NCBI GenBank assembly: GCA_963924565.1
Contig: OZ004609.1
Location: 22,940,001 to 23,004,000, forward strand
Direction: 5' to 3'
From: Ascidiella aspersa
Lineage: Eukaryota
Length of the DNA: 64,000 nt
Of this stretch, positions 23,901 to 36,231 are shown one piece after another. Position 1 is the stretch's first letter; every line of letters starts with the position of its first letter. The position numbers and the translations under genes are program-made. Below the pieces are notes generated by a model that did no database searches, had not been told where the DNA came from, and saw only the letters and a list, made by a program, of their open reading frames with translations.

Positions 23901-26731
23901 CTAACCTGGCGCTGCCGCGGGAGGCAGAAGGCGACAACGAAACGTTGGTGATCGGTGGGTAGCGGACGGCAAGGGGAAGGGGCGAACGCTGCTTCTGAAT
24001 ATGCACTTGCTGCTGAAAGACTGACGGCAGTGTGCAGACGCCGGCGTTCCTGACGTTGCGCTGGGCGTCTTCGGCTTCCTGGCCAAGTCGCGAGATGGAC
24101 TCGCTGCGCGTGCACCCGGTGATGGCGGCGCGGACCACGGACTCGTGCAGTGTGAGCATGAGGCGCAGTGCGTTGAGGCTCGGCGCCGCGTGTTTCCGCA
24201 CGGTGTCGCTGATGGGTTCGCAAGTGTGCGCGGCCAACTCGGCCAGTTGCTTGACGTCGCATGCCGAATCGGCAATCTGCGAAGAAAAAGTTTTGTTGCA
24301 CCATCGAAACTTAGGAGGCTCGGATATCGTTCCGTTTATCGTATTTCCATTAGATTAAAAAACTGGCTGCAATTTAACTTTAATTTGACCGTGGCTTTGT
24401 TTTCCGTTGTCCGTGGTTTTTTTGCAAAACTGCATAAATTTCGCCGACTTTTTAGGAGGAAAAGAGTCATCACAACACAGAACGCAAATAACAACGATTA
24501 AGGTTTTAGGCAATTATTTTGGAATTTTGCTACGGTACCAGAAACCGCGAAGAACCTTTTCCAGGAGGTGATTGGTCGAATGCAAAGCACATCTACTTCG
24601 GCTGTGCCTTTGGTTCGTGCGGCTCGCCATGCTGTGTTAAGGCATTGATTTAGGGCTATGAATTATTTAATGCGTTCGATTTTGTTTTTTCAACAAATAA
24701 ACTTGGTTGGGCATGACGTAGAAGGAGGGATTAAATTTTCTAAGAAAATCCTTCTTACCTTTGTTTAAGAACTTTACCCAATAATGTTGAAAACGTTTGT
24801 GGTTTAATTGAATTGAATGGCGCAAACTTTATTGAGCAGTAGATCGTTAAACTTTAGGAAAGAGATGAATAACGTCAAATATCTTCAAAAACGTACATGG
24901 GCAGTTTATGAAATACTGCGTTTCTTTTTAATCTATTTCGTGGAGGGATATTTTAGGAGGTACAATATCGTAACAAACATTTTGTAAACTTTTTTGCAAC
25001 AATTTGAAATGTTTAACCGGACCTAATCAAGGGTTAATAGTCGTTTTAACATTTTAGTTACCAATTCTGTAAATATAAGTCGCAGATAAGGATATTTGTT
25101 TACTAAATAATAGATAGATCTATGGCTGCAAAGTTAAACTGTCGGCCCTGAACAGGCATGTTAAGAAAATGTCGACAAAGCTATAGGTAACCGCTAAGGG
25201 GTCTCCTTCACGTGAAGGGAACCTATTTATTATTCAAAACAAGATTCAGGTTATCCCGGCGTTTCTACATTAATGCTATCCACGCCCTCAAAGGAGACTA
25301 ACCCTGAAAGTTAAATACTAGGCTTTGGGACTAAATCGTGCACATCGCGGCCAACAAGACGAATGAAAAGGCGAGCAGGTGGCCGGGGGGGTGCTTCGCA
25401 ACGCAACACAGCGCAGTTGCCTTTGACTTCGACGGCTCAACATGCGCTGCATTAATGGCAAGACCATTGCGGCGACTCCCCTTCCGCTTTCCACGCCCTT
25501 ATGACCGCGACACGTCAACTTCTAATTTTAGGCGCCATGGGGAGGCATTTGAGCGGAGCGTGTCGCAATGGAGTCGCCGCGGCAGCAGTCGTCTTGTACA
25601 ACGATTTGTAGCAATGCCGCTAAGCGATACCTTTGTGGAGTTCGGCGACGCTGAATAGTAACATAACAGGTGCGCCCGATCGCGACAGCTGCGCCGTTTT
25701 ACCCGGGGGAGTGTTTTTTGTTGTTAGGCCAATTTAGCGCGACACATGCATTTGTTCTCACCACTTCGAGCAAATAACCCACCAGAGTCCGACCTACTGT
25801 GGATTAGAGGGCAGTTATTTTTACCATCGTACAACGCGCGTAACGTGTTTTCTCACTTCTCAGTATTTGCTTTGCTAATTTGAACTTTGCTCGTTGTAGC
25901 TTCTGTATTTGGATCTCGCGGGTTTGTTTAAAACTTAACAGTCGCACGAAGGCATTCCGCATGCAAAATAAGGGGCTGTGCGCTCTCCCGCGATCAGCAC
26001 GTTTACCACCAGCGCTACTGTTGAATTAAGCAAGAGCCGTCGATGATAAGGCGCCAATCAAACACGCTAAGATAAACAGTGGATTGAGTGACAAACAATG
26101 TGCAAGTACCTTTGGCGATACGGCAACATTGTCACTGTGGGAAAAGCACATAATGGTCGACGTTTAATTAACAACACATCATCATTAACGCCACTTTCCT
26201 TATCGAACGCAAGTTTGGTTATTCCGCGTGCAATTCAGTTAATTTATATGCAATCACTTGTTGCCTATTGCCAAACATCATAAGGGGAAATGTATATTAA
26301 ATTTTACATTGGTTAAAATGTCTGCGACACCTTCTGGGCAGACCAGCTGCTATACGTTGTTTAATAACACAAATTAAACATGACAGATTTACCGCGTGGA
26401 TTTGCATAACGATGTTCTTAAAACCTTATTTCCATTTCTACGATTTCTTTACTTATTTAAACCCGAGACACAGCTGAATTTGAGTATATATTATTTATGT
26501 TAACATATCATTTTCCAGATATCTTCCGTATATTTATCTGCTTACCTCTTTGTGTTGCGACTTGATGTTGGAAAGTGCCGACTCCACGGACTTGTGAATT
26601 GCGTCCAGCGTTATTTCGCCGCGAGTTAAATCCATGATCCGCACTTTTTGTTTTCCGTGGCCTTTGGCCGCTTCATGTGACCAATTTTTTGCTTCGCGTT
26701 TTATCGGCCAGGTCTTGCTTTTAGCGCACAT
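20955..26731 (-). CDS. Uncharacterised coiled-coil protein with C-terminal death domain, 8 coding exons, ~711 aa
   Basis: Minus-strand exons with canonical sites and matching phases: 26731-26546, 24276-23693, 23326-23122, 22740-22549, 22401-22288, 22156-22008, 21829-21567, 21397-20955 (2136 nt). Exons 5-7 are heptad-like (LLSELEHMISEVHTNSTRLETLEHDIDIMREDLERSQDQRKTLEITLRRTSENVDHLRARHRALRKRI). The last exon has death-domain hallmarks (LREAFAYI..G.HWTTLCQHL ... YVERRYPKEPARQRSFMLRMWLTCNGQQANIEQLIAALQASKVPDVAAYIQ). The first exon assignment is the least certain. Confidence 0.8.
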
Positions 26732-29700
26732 TCAACTATTGCACTGTCGTATCTACGTCGCTTTTATTTGGTCTATCTCTGCAACGATATAGTGATAAAA
26801 TAGTAAAACATTTGACAACGACGGCAGAAATCTTTGCAACATTTTTAGGTTATGCCAATAAAATACCTTTCAATACAAATTCGGCCTAGTTTATTCTCAC
26901 TGTTTGAAGTACAGCATAATAATATTACAGCGTTGCTTTTGGTGATAACTTTAAAATAATTCCTTTAATGCTGTGTAATGTAGCGACATATCCCTTTTCT
27001 ATATACCTAGCTTTACTGACAACCCACATAGAAAATGAACAGTTTAAATTTTCTCTAAAAACTTAATCAGTAACAATCAACCATGGAGAACGAACAATAT
27101 TCCGTTCTGACAACAAAACATAGCTCACAACCAAAATTGTCGTACAAAGGATAACATCTATTGCGGAAACATACTCTAAAGACTCGTTACAAACACGTCG
27201 CCCCCAAATGCTCAACTCAATCCCGTAGACTTTTAAAACAAAAGGAGGGTCGTGCGAATGCGTTTTCCACTCAGCGACGACGACGGGACGACTTCTAAAG
27301 AAAAAAGGATCCCCGCCAGAATCGCCCCGCTTTGTCATTAAAGGGAAATAGAAGTCGCCTCGTGTTCTGACACACGACACGAAAGTCAGTGGTGCCTTCA
27401 TCCTCGGGGGCCGCAGCGGCATCGTAACTAAACAAGTTGATTGTGTTCAACGAAACAGAGCGTCGGCTTCCTTTACAGAAAAGTTTCGCGATGATAAGAA
27501 GCGATTGTCGATCACAGAAAAAGCTTCAAATAAATCCGATTTCAGGTATTTTTTGCTGGTCTGCTGCTTTCGCTGTTCAATTATGCGGAGGAACCTTTGA
27601 TGTCATTCTACTGTAAAATCATCCGTTCGTTGTTGTAGTGGAAACGTGAGATGATTTCATACCTTCTAGCTGTTCGCTTATTCTTTATGTTGCAAAAATT
27701 GAATACGCTAATATAGGTTCATTGCACCATACTATTAGAAATCGATTTCAAATCGCCTTATTCAAGTAACGTCGACCTACATATTGCGACGAAGTTCTGA
27801 TGGTAAAACGTCGAATTCGAACAATACATAATGGCAAAGGTGGCAAGTAGGGCGTATCCTTGCTTTGCGACTTACTATTACATCGTACTTTTTCTCTGAG
27901 GTCCTTTTTAAAGGGCCCGCTCCCCAAGAAATTAACGCCAGACTGAACTTGAAAGAGCGAATTACCGCTGAATGATAGCTATTTTTACATTTTGTGATCC
28001 AAAACAATATACGCGGATTCAAACAAGTATAGTGGCAGCGCAATACTGTCCACCATATTAAGTTAAAACAACCCAAATTGTCACAACCTAAAAACAAATC
28101 AAACCCATCAATTTGATATGTGTAGTTAAATATTGTCATAATTCTACTGCAAAACAAAAAATGCAGCATTGTATATGACATCGACTGGAGAATCAACTTT
28201 TTGTGCTTTCCCTATATGCTCAACCACGACATATGAATAAAATTGGAACAATTAGGCATTTACCGCCTGTTATGAAAGGTGTCGTACAGCCACTCTGAGC
28301 TGCGCAACGCATCAAGCCTTCGATCGAACCCGAACGACACGCTCCATCGTAAGTCACGCTTGGGTTAGGATACGGAAGGTCACGTGATGGTTTACCCTGT
28401 TCCGGGAGTTAACATTTCCTTGGGGGTAACTCGGCTTTGCAACTTAAGCCGACGGTGGAACTGACATGAGACGTGCGCTTGTCAAAGATTCTTTATTCTT
28501 GCGAGTGAGGTGGTTAGAACGCCCACGTTATGACGTACATCTGTTGGTGGGGAACGCCGGTGTTGTTTAAAGCATAGAAAAAGTAATCCTTTCGCGCACA
28601 CTTCACTGGATCAAAAAACGCTTCTTGTGCGTTTGTGGATCTGTAAGTTGCCTGTCTATTTTATCTCTTATTAATTTGAATGCACCAAACAATCATCATG
28701 TGACCGATATCATTTGCTTCACAATAAAATATCATAACTTTAAAAACTAACGAGAAATATTAGGGTTGACTAATATGGAACGTGCCTTGCAACATAAATA
28801 TACTGTTGCTTTGAGTAATATTAAAAGCGTAATGGTTTTAGCAAAATATAACTATGAATGTCAAATCAATTTTCACGAAAACGAAGTATAACAGTAATAA
28901 AATATTTCCTATATCACGCTGAAGTTTATATCTGAAAGTTTGGCGTGCGATAGCTTAGATTGCTTTATATTCATCTTGCTAGTACTCTTGAATTACTAAA
29001 TATTGCCGGAATGACTCATTGGTTAGTCAGAGGGAGGTGGCCGCCACACCCGAGACAATTTGCTGCAGATTATTTTAAACACTTTTTCAAGTTGAAACGC
29101 TTGGATGGCAAGCGTGTGTGTGCAAAATGAAGATTGCCAGTTGCTTGTGAGAAACTCTCTTTTACTATGGAGCAATTAATGGCCCGTGCAGTCTTTATAT
29201 AAAGAAAGAAAACTCCGCTACAATTTTGCTAAATTTTTTAACAGACCAGCCAAAAAAAAAAAACATTGAGGAAAGCAACGTTCTTACATTTAGCCAGGCG
29301 TTCATCGTCTACGATAGGTCTTGTTTTAAAATCAACAAGTCTAATTGCCAGTTTGCAGAAAAGCCTGAAGTAGTCACCAGCGGTACGCACTCGTGTTTCA
29401 GTGAACTCCGGCGGACCACCCGATTAAAGAAAACAGGTTCGACTCGGTCTCACGCTCGTAGAATAACGATGTACTGACAGCGATACGTGGAGCGCCAAAC
29501 CGGGATTCTTATTTTAGCCTGGGGCGAGAAAAGCGTCAGATTTTTGCGATCGCTTTGTTGCCATAAGGCGTCACGGAACGGTTTCGCTTTTAAACCGAGC
29601 AAGTTAAAATCGCTCTGGGATGGCGAGAATTCGGGGCGTGGCCCCATCTCGGGTACGGGGTGCACGTAGGCCACACCCCACGGTCCAGACGTCCGGCCCT

Positions 29701-32700
29701 CGGTGCCTGTGGTACGATTGACCGGTTATATTTGCACCTGGTTAAATTCATTAGTAAATAGATCAGGCGTTTTTCCATTAAAGGAATTTCTTTCCAGGCA
29801 AAAAATCAGCCGAAAATAAACGTTTTTTTCCAGTCTGCGCAATGAAAAAACTGTATTTACACAAATGTATGTTACAGGCCTATTTCTTAGATTTAAATTG
29901 TCCTCACAAAAGTCGTGGAAACGTCGTCTACGCTAATTCATGATACAATCCACAACTCGTAATGCGGGGCACAGCCTAAAATAAAATACAACAACACAGT
30001 ACCATCCAATACATTAATGGCGTCTGTTTCGCCGGGCTGACTCAGCACGACATTTAAACCAATGAAGGGAGAGGGCTGCGTTTTGTCAGGATATCGTCGC
30101 AACTCGCAAGTAAGCCGGGAGGCCGCAGGGCACTCCTTGACACAGACCCAGTAAAAGTCATTACATTTAGCTTCACGTTTCACTCTGCTTAATGTAAACT
30201 GCTTTCTTAAGGAGGCCTGTCTGTCGAATGATATCATGGCAGCGAACATAACCACGTCTCAAGGTATCTTTTTCCAACCCCGCACATGATAAAATTTAAC
30301 ACCTTGGTTAGATAAAAAGCCCATTTTCCAAAGCAGACCGTTTTTCGTTCGTGTGGTTATTTAACACCGATTACAGCTTGAAACGTTTACTATACTTGTG
30401 TAGACACGAAAATCGATCTGTCTAGCAAAGGCAACCTGCAATATTAACAAGGTTTTTTATGTTTAATCGTTGAAAACGAATTATGCTAAAATCCGTCTGC
30501 GTGTCATTTTTTTGAAAAACACTACCAACCTTTCCGTATACTTGTAAGATAACCAAAGTGCCATACGGTTCAAAACAATCACATCAAAAATGCGATTAAG
30601 TTTAGCTTGCAAAGCTTGACTGAGCTTTTGCGTGCTGCGGTATGTGTAAGAGGTTCTGGGCCTCGGTCAATTACGACAAGGCCCGGTTACAGGCCTGGCC
30701 CTCATTCATGTGGTCAGAATAAGTCCTAATTCTACTAAACGGCAATTATGTGGCACCATGTTCAAATAGCATGACGTGCTTCCATGCAAATGTTTTAATG
30801 CTAAACGTTAAACATTTCTTGCTTCAATCAAAACTCCTCGTTTAGATGTCGTATACTGGTATGACACATGACAGCAAACACGATTTTAGAATATTTGTAA
30901 AACCCATTAGGCTTAATTGTACTGTAGTACGAAAATAATATTCAACTTTAAGATACTTAATTATACTTTGCTCGTAGCCTTCTCTTGCCCAACGAAGTTA
31001 GAAAACTGTACTATCTGGCCTTTATAACTTGTATGTGCTGACCTTTCTATGTGTGTTATTTATTACATTAATTGAACCGAGCTCTCCTCACCCGCCTTGA
31101 ACTATTCAACTCGCAAAATACTCTCCTTCGACTTGCTTTCTGGATACTACTTCCCAGCGACCACTCGCGCCTTGTGTAAAACCGCCAACGCTACTTTTAA
31201 AAGTCAGGCCGTCTCTGTAACGCATAAAGCCTTACCCAGGCTGACTGCAGACCTGACTACTCACCCTGACGCACCGCGATCCACCCGCGAGAAAAAACAC
31301 TGAACTTTTTCAGGCGCCGGTTCCGCCTGAACCGACTTACCCTGCCGCCTTCTTTCTGTTTAGAGTTATTTTTTCGAAGCAATACAACGCAACGCGATCG
31401 CTCGCTCGCTGTATTCCTTTCACGCACGGGGCAGCATCTGTCGAGCGACCAGCGACTTTATTCTTTGCACAAACCCATGAAAGCTGTTTTGCGCGCAATA
31501 TAATAAATCTTGTTAAAAGTAATACCAACTATTTCCTATTACAAGCTCTTATTCTTATTTTAGCCGAAAATTTTAACTGGTAATGACACAACACATTATA
31601 TAGATTGGGGTGATTGGTTTACAGAAATATTATATGCCATATCGTATATAAAAAATAGTAGCTCAGTGAGTATAAACGCGAAATCGTATCGACGTTTTCT
31701 CCCAATTCCGTGCCTACATCCTGAGCGTAACTAAACTTCCCCTAACGCCCACACATGAATCTACTCTCTCTCCAACAAAGGCGAACTGGAGGTATCTTAC
31801 ACACTAAAGCATCAATCAGACGTTAACCGATCCCCCAAAAATGTGCACGAATTATAAATAATCCCCACAGGCTTTATACATAAAGGGAAAATCATTTCAG
31901 CGAACAAAATACCCGCGACCATATGAAGGCCTTAAGACAATTTTGGGCTTTACGGGATCAGCCATGAAAAAGCAACCATGTTTGTTTTAACGTTGTTTTT
32001 CAACACAGAGAATTCAAAGGCACCTCTTACTTTACATTCTCGAAAACGTATATTCTACAAATAGATATACAAAAAATCTAGTTAAACTATACTTTAATCA
32101 TAGTGAAGCTAAGAAATAAACCAACTAATTTTTAGCAGAAGTTTGATTTTTGACTTACAGTTCAAAATATTTTCTAAATAAACCCGCTTACATTTTTTTA
32201 ATTTGTTATCGCAGATCATTTTCTTTCCTACTTATATCTAGTTATTATGGAATTGTATCCTTGGTTTTCTAAACAGCAACCTTTAAAACAAATTGTGACG
32301 CCCAGTGTACCAGTATGCTGCAGCTGTAATTTAATACATCACGAATTGAAAATTTTACAAGTATTTGCCGAGCGGCTCGTTACGGCACGAATGCAATAAA
32401 ACAGAGTAAACCCAAAGTGACAAAATTGATGGGATACTTCGACGCAAGCTTGTAGCGCGTAACAAGTTAAAGTGAGACCGACGGTTTAGCACAAATACAC
32501 AATAGATTTACGTCCTTTGTTTAATCTAGTCCCTTAAATTATAGCCGAGCCTAAATAGCAAATGATTTTTTAAAACATTTGTTTCTGTGTTAAACTATAT
32601 CGTTGAAACACACAACTCGTAGCAACAGAAACAACACAAGGCTAATGGCCTATTCCTTTCAACGACGTGACGCTATCACAGCGACTTGCACTCTGGCTGT

Positions 32701-35562
32701 CAAGGCAAATGGAAGTCGATTTTAGACGAGGCGTGGTTCGATTAAAATTTGATTTCCCCCGTGTTCTCGCCATCCATTTAACTTCGATCGGTAAAAACCC
32801 TGGGGAGACTGCGAAGCGTTCAGCCCAGCCTGTAAAATCTTCCATAAACAGCGAGAAACAACGAGATTTATCAGTTAAGTCGGCCGCTAGCAGAACGATA
32901 AACAACTGGGCGGACAAATGTTACTGCGGCGTTTTGTCTTTGTAGTATGCTAACTATCTTTTATATTCAGTTGCTCATGTTTCCGAGCCTTGGAAGTTTT
33001 ACTGGCTTTGTCAATTCAATTTGTTAAAAACTTGCGTTTTTGCATATTTGCTGTTATACAATATTTTAGTTGGACCGTGCACCAGTTTTTAAGTATTATA
33101 TAAATTTTTTAAGTATTTTAGAAGTCCGATAACGATTTATCCAAGTGTTTATAAGACTAACGAACAACGAAATTCATGCTGATTCCATTTAGACCAATAT
33201 GTAGTCTATACTCTATGGTGTCATACATGGTACGAATATAACAAAAAAAATCTCTCATAAAACGCACTTTACTTTTACGGCAGCGTTTTCTGTCGGCCTA
33301 TGTAAAGTGCATTGAAACCGGCATCAAAGTCGCTTCCACACCAGGACACTGAGCAAATACAGGAAGGCCGTGAAACGCACGTTAAATCTACAAGCATTCG
33401 GTTCAAAGACGCCTTGTTTTACTTCCTTAAATTCAACTCCATTAGCCGATAGCGACCCTAGGCAACCGAAGCTCTACGATAAAACTACTCAGAAATCTTG
33501 GTGGAATTTGGCTTCGGCGCAAAGCCACCCTAAAGCACTCAGTTACGGCATACAATCACTGTCCCGTTAACAGAACAGCAACCGCACTGGTAAAGTAGCC
33601 GCAATCCAAAACAACTTGCTGGCGATTTTATTTACACTGCAAGCGCCAAAAGGTCTTGTTGAAACAACGCGACGAAATGGGTTACGGGCGCTTTTGCGGG
33701 TATCAAAACAAGTCATTTCCCGATGAAACGTCAATGAGATTTGTATTTGGACTCCATAGTTTAAGAGTTTCCTGAACAAAACTAAGAAAATACAATTAAA
33801 TGAATTAACCGCAGCGTTTAGGGTTTTCACATACGGTAACTGAATTGGATGACGTTTTTGATCTTATCTAGCAATACAACTTAAACCATATCGGTTGCAA
33901 TTAAACCATCAAGGGCTATAGAAAAAAATTGTCAAAGAATACACTAAAGTTAAACCATCCAAAACCGCAGTAAAATGTTGCAGGTGTTCTTGAATTTGCA
34001 GTTTAAAAAGAAGCACCGATCCTGGAACGATTGCGTGCTGCATCTCTTGACTCCTGGGCTCCCAATCTGTTTGTGGTCAAACCGAGCGAAGCTTCTCGTC
34101 GCCCGCATCTAAAGCGGCAGGCGATGCCAAAAGCAAAACACGGTTGCATGCCATTTAAGCATTTGCACGTCCGGTGGCGAACGATAAAGCCCGCAAGGTA
34201 CTGCGTGTTTGGATCGTCGACTGTATGCGCTATCAATACAAAGGCAGCAACTGCTGGGGGCCAGTGTTGAATTGCCGCCCCTCAATGAGCCGATCGTGCC
34301 CCCGCACAAGTGGCTAGTAGGGATTGGGTTGCCGTCTTGAATGGGTCTGGCTGGCTGCCCCATCGCACTTCGAATCGGTCCCCACGCTTCTATTCTTTCA
34401 AGTCAAGTCGAGCAAAGCTGACCGAAACTACCGACGAAGTATCGGCACAATAGAGATGTGTGGACGTGGCCTTTTTACTGCGCCCGGTTTATATATCTCT
34501 GTTGATTTTTGGCGCCATAGCAACGCCTTGGAGGTGGAAATTAAATTATCGTGACATTTTAACGACCCAAAATGACGATAAAGTCATGATTTTACGTAGA
34601 CGGTTAAAAATAAGTTATATGCAATAAAATGCTTGTAACTAACTTTTATAACAGATATTGTCATTACATCTCTCGAAAACAATGATCTAAAGTTCTTCGT
34701 TTTCCGAAATTGTATTTACGCAATTCGTATAGTTATCCTATGAATATAAGGAAATTCAGATCTGAAATCATTGGCTGCCTTTATCATCTATTCTATAGTA
34801 ACCATTACGTCAGTGGATTTGGAAATTTAAGTAACTCCCAAATATATTAGATTTCTCTTTACTCGGCGAAAGTAAACAGCTATTCCCACTCCGACGTTCC
34901 TGCCATACTTGTTTCTTTTAAACCTATTCGGGTTGCGCACAGCAATGTTGACTTGTCCCGGGCACGGATAAATATCGGATTGAGACAGATCCGAGTAAAC
35001 ACGAGTATCGAGTTACCGCGATTGGCTCACATCGTGCACGCATTCTCATCCTGAACACAAGAACTGATCTCGCAACAATGGACCTATCAGCCTGACAGCT
35101 AAGCACTTAGTCTCGCACTCAGGCCAGCGACTATTAAGGCAATTAACACCACCTACGGACAACACGGCCAACGTTGTTGGATTCTTGTCGGATAAGTTAT
35201 CGAAATGATTGCTCCACGTGTAATTAACCGCCGATAAAGCCGAAATGCATGCATTATGATAGTGTATAATTCACGGAATCTCGCAGCCTGAAGAACAACG
35301 TGCGCATGGGACTGAATCCACGTGCCAAGCTATAAGTGACTTGCTACGGATCACTTAGAGTCTTAGAAGGCATGACAATCAATTTAAACAAATTCCTATT
35401 TTTTTTACAAATTTTAATACATTAGGATACAAATAGTTTATTATAAATTATGGGAGGTGTATGATTTACAAAAAACGAAAACACTTGCGTTAACACTTTT
35501 TAGGCAATCTATAATGCAACACAGGATGGCATTTCTTTTATCTTTGACCGGACGCTTTAAAT

Positions 35563-36231
35563 CAGGGGTCGGCAACATTTTGCTAGTCGCGGGCCAAAAC
35601 CAAACACAAAATGTTATTTAAGAATTGTGCTATTAAAATGTTATAACAACTTTTAATCAGGCGGGCCTCGTATCTTTTCACGCACTTAGAAAATGTATTT
35701 AATTGCTTACGGAGGCAGTAAAGTGTACAAGAAGCGTTTGTTTGGTTTAAAATTCGAGTCCACAGGTCGTCATCGATACTACGAATGAAAAGTGTAATAA
35801 AACTAATTTGAAGAAACGAGATAACCTTCATAATTAATGTAGTTCAGTGTTATTAATCTTTTTGTGTCCGGGCGCACCTGGCGAGCGAAGGAGCGCGACT
35901 TTTTTTTATACCGGCATTTCTTATTTCTTGCAAATTTTTATTTTGCCGAAAATAAAAAAAATGTTAACAAATATATGCCCAATATTTTTAATTACGTATT
36001 CCGTTTGTCCGCGACGCATTTGGCAGCCTTCCACAGCGCAACGGTATAGAAACGCTGATCGATTTTAAAAGACAGCTTCCAAACGTAAACCAACCAAACG
36101 TAGAAAGATCATTGGCGCGCAGCGCGAAAACTTTCCCAATTGCGTATAGGTAAAATAGAGAAAAAGTAGGCCTATTTGAAATGGACTCGTGGGCCAGATC
36201 CGACCCGCGGGCCGTAGGTCGCCGACAGCTG
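35563..36231. mobile_element. hAT-type MITE, family A copy 1 (669 bp)
   Basis: Ends CAGGGGTCGGCAAC / GTCGCCGACAGCTG; perfect 8-bp TSD CTTTAAAT; colinear with 54866-55602 (shared blocks such as tgtccgggcgcacctggcgagcgaa and aaaaagtaggcctatttgaaatggactcgtg). Confidence 0.9.

Noticed and set aside
23694-24501. Several overlapping ORFs on both strands
   Set aside because: Shadows of the GC-rich exon 24276-23693.
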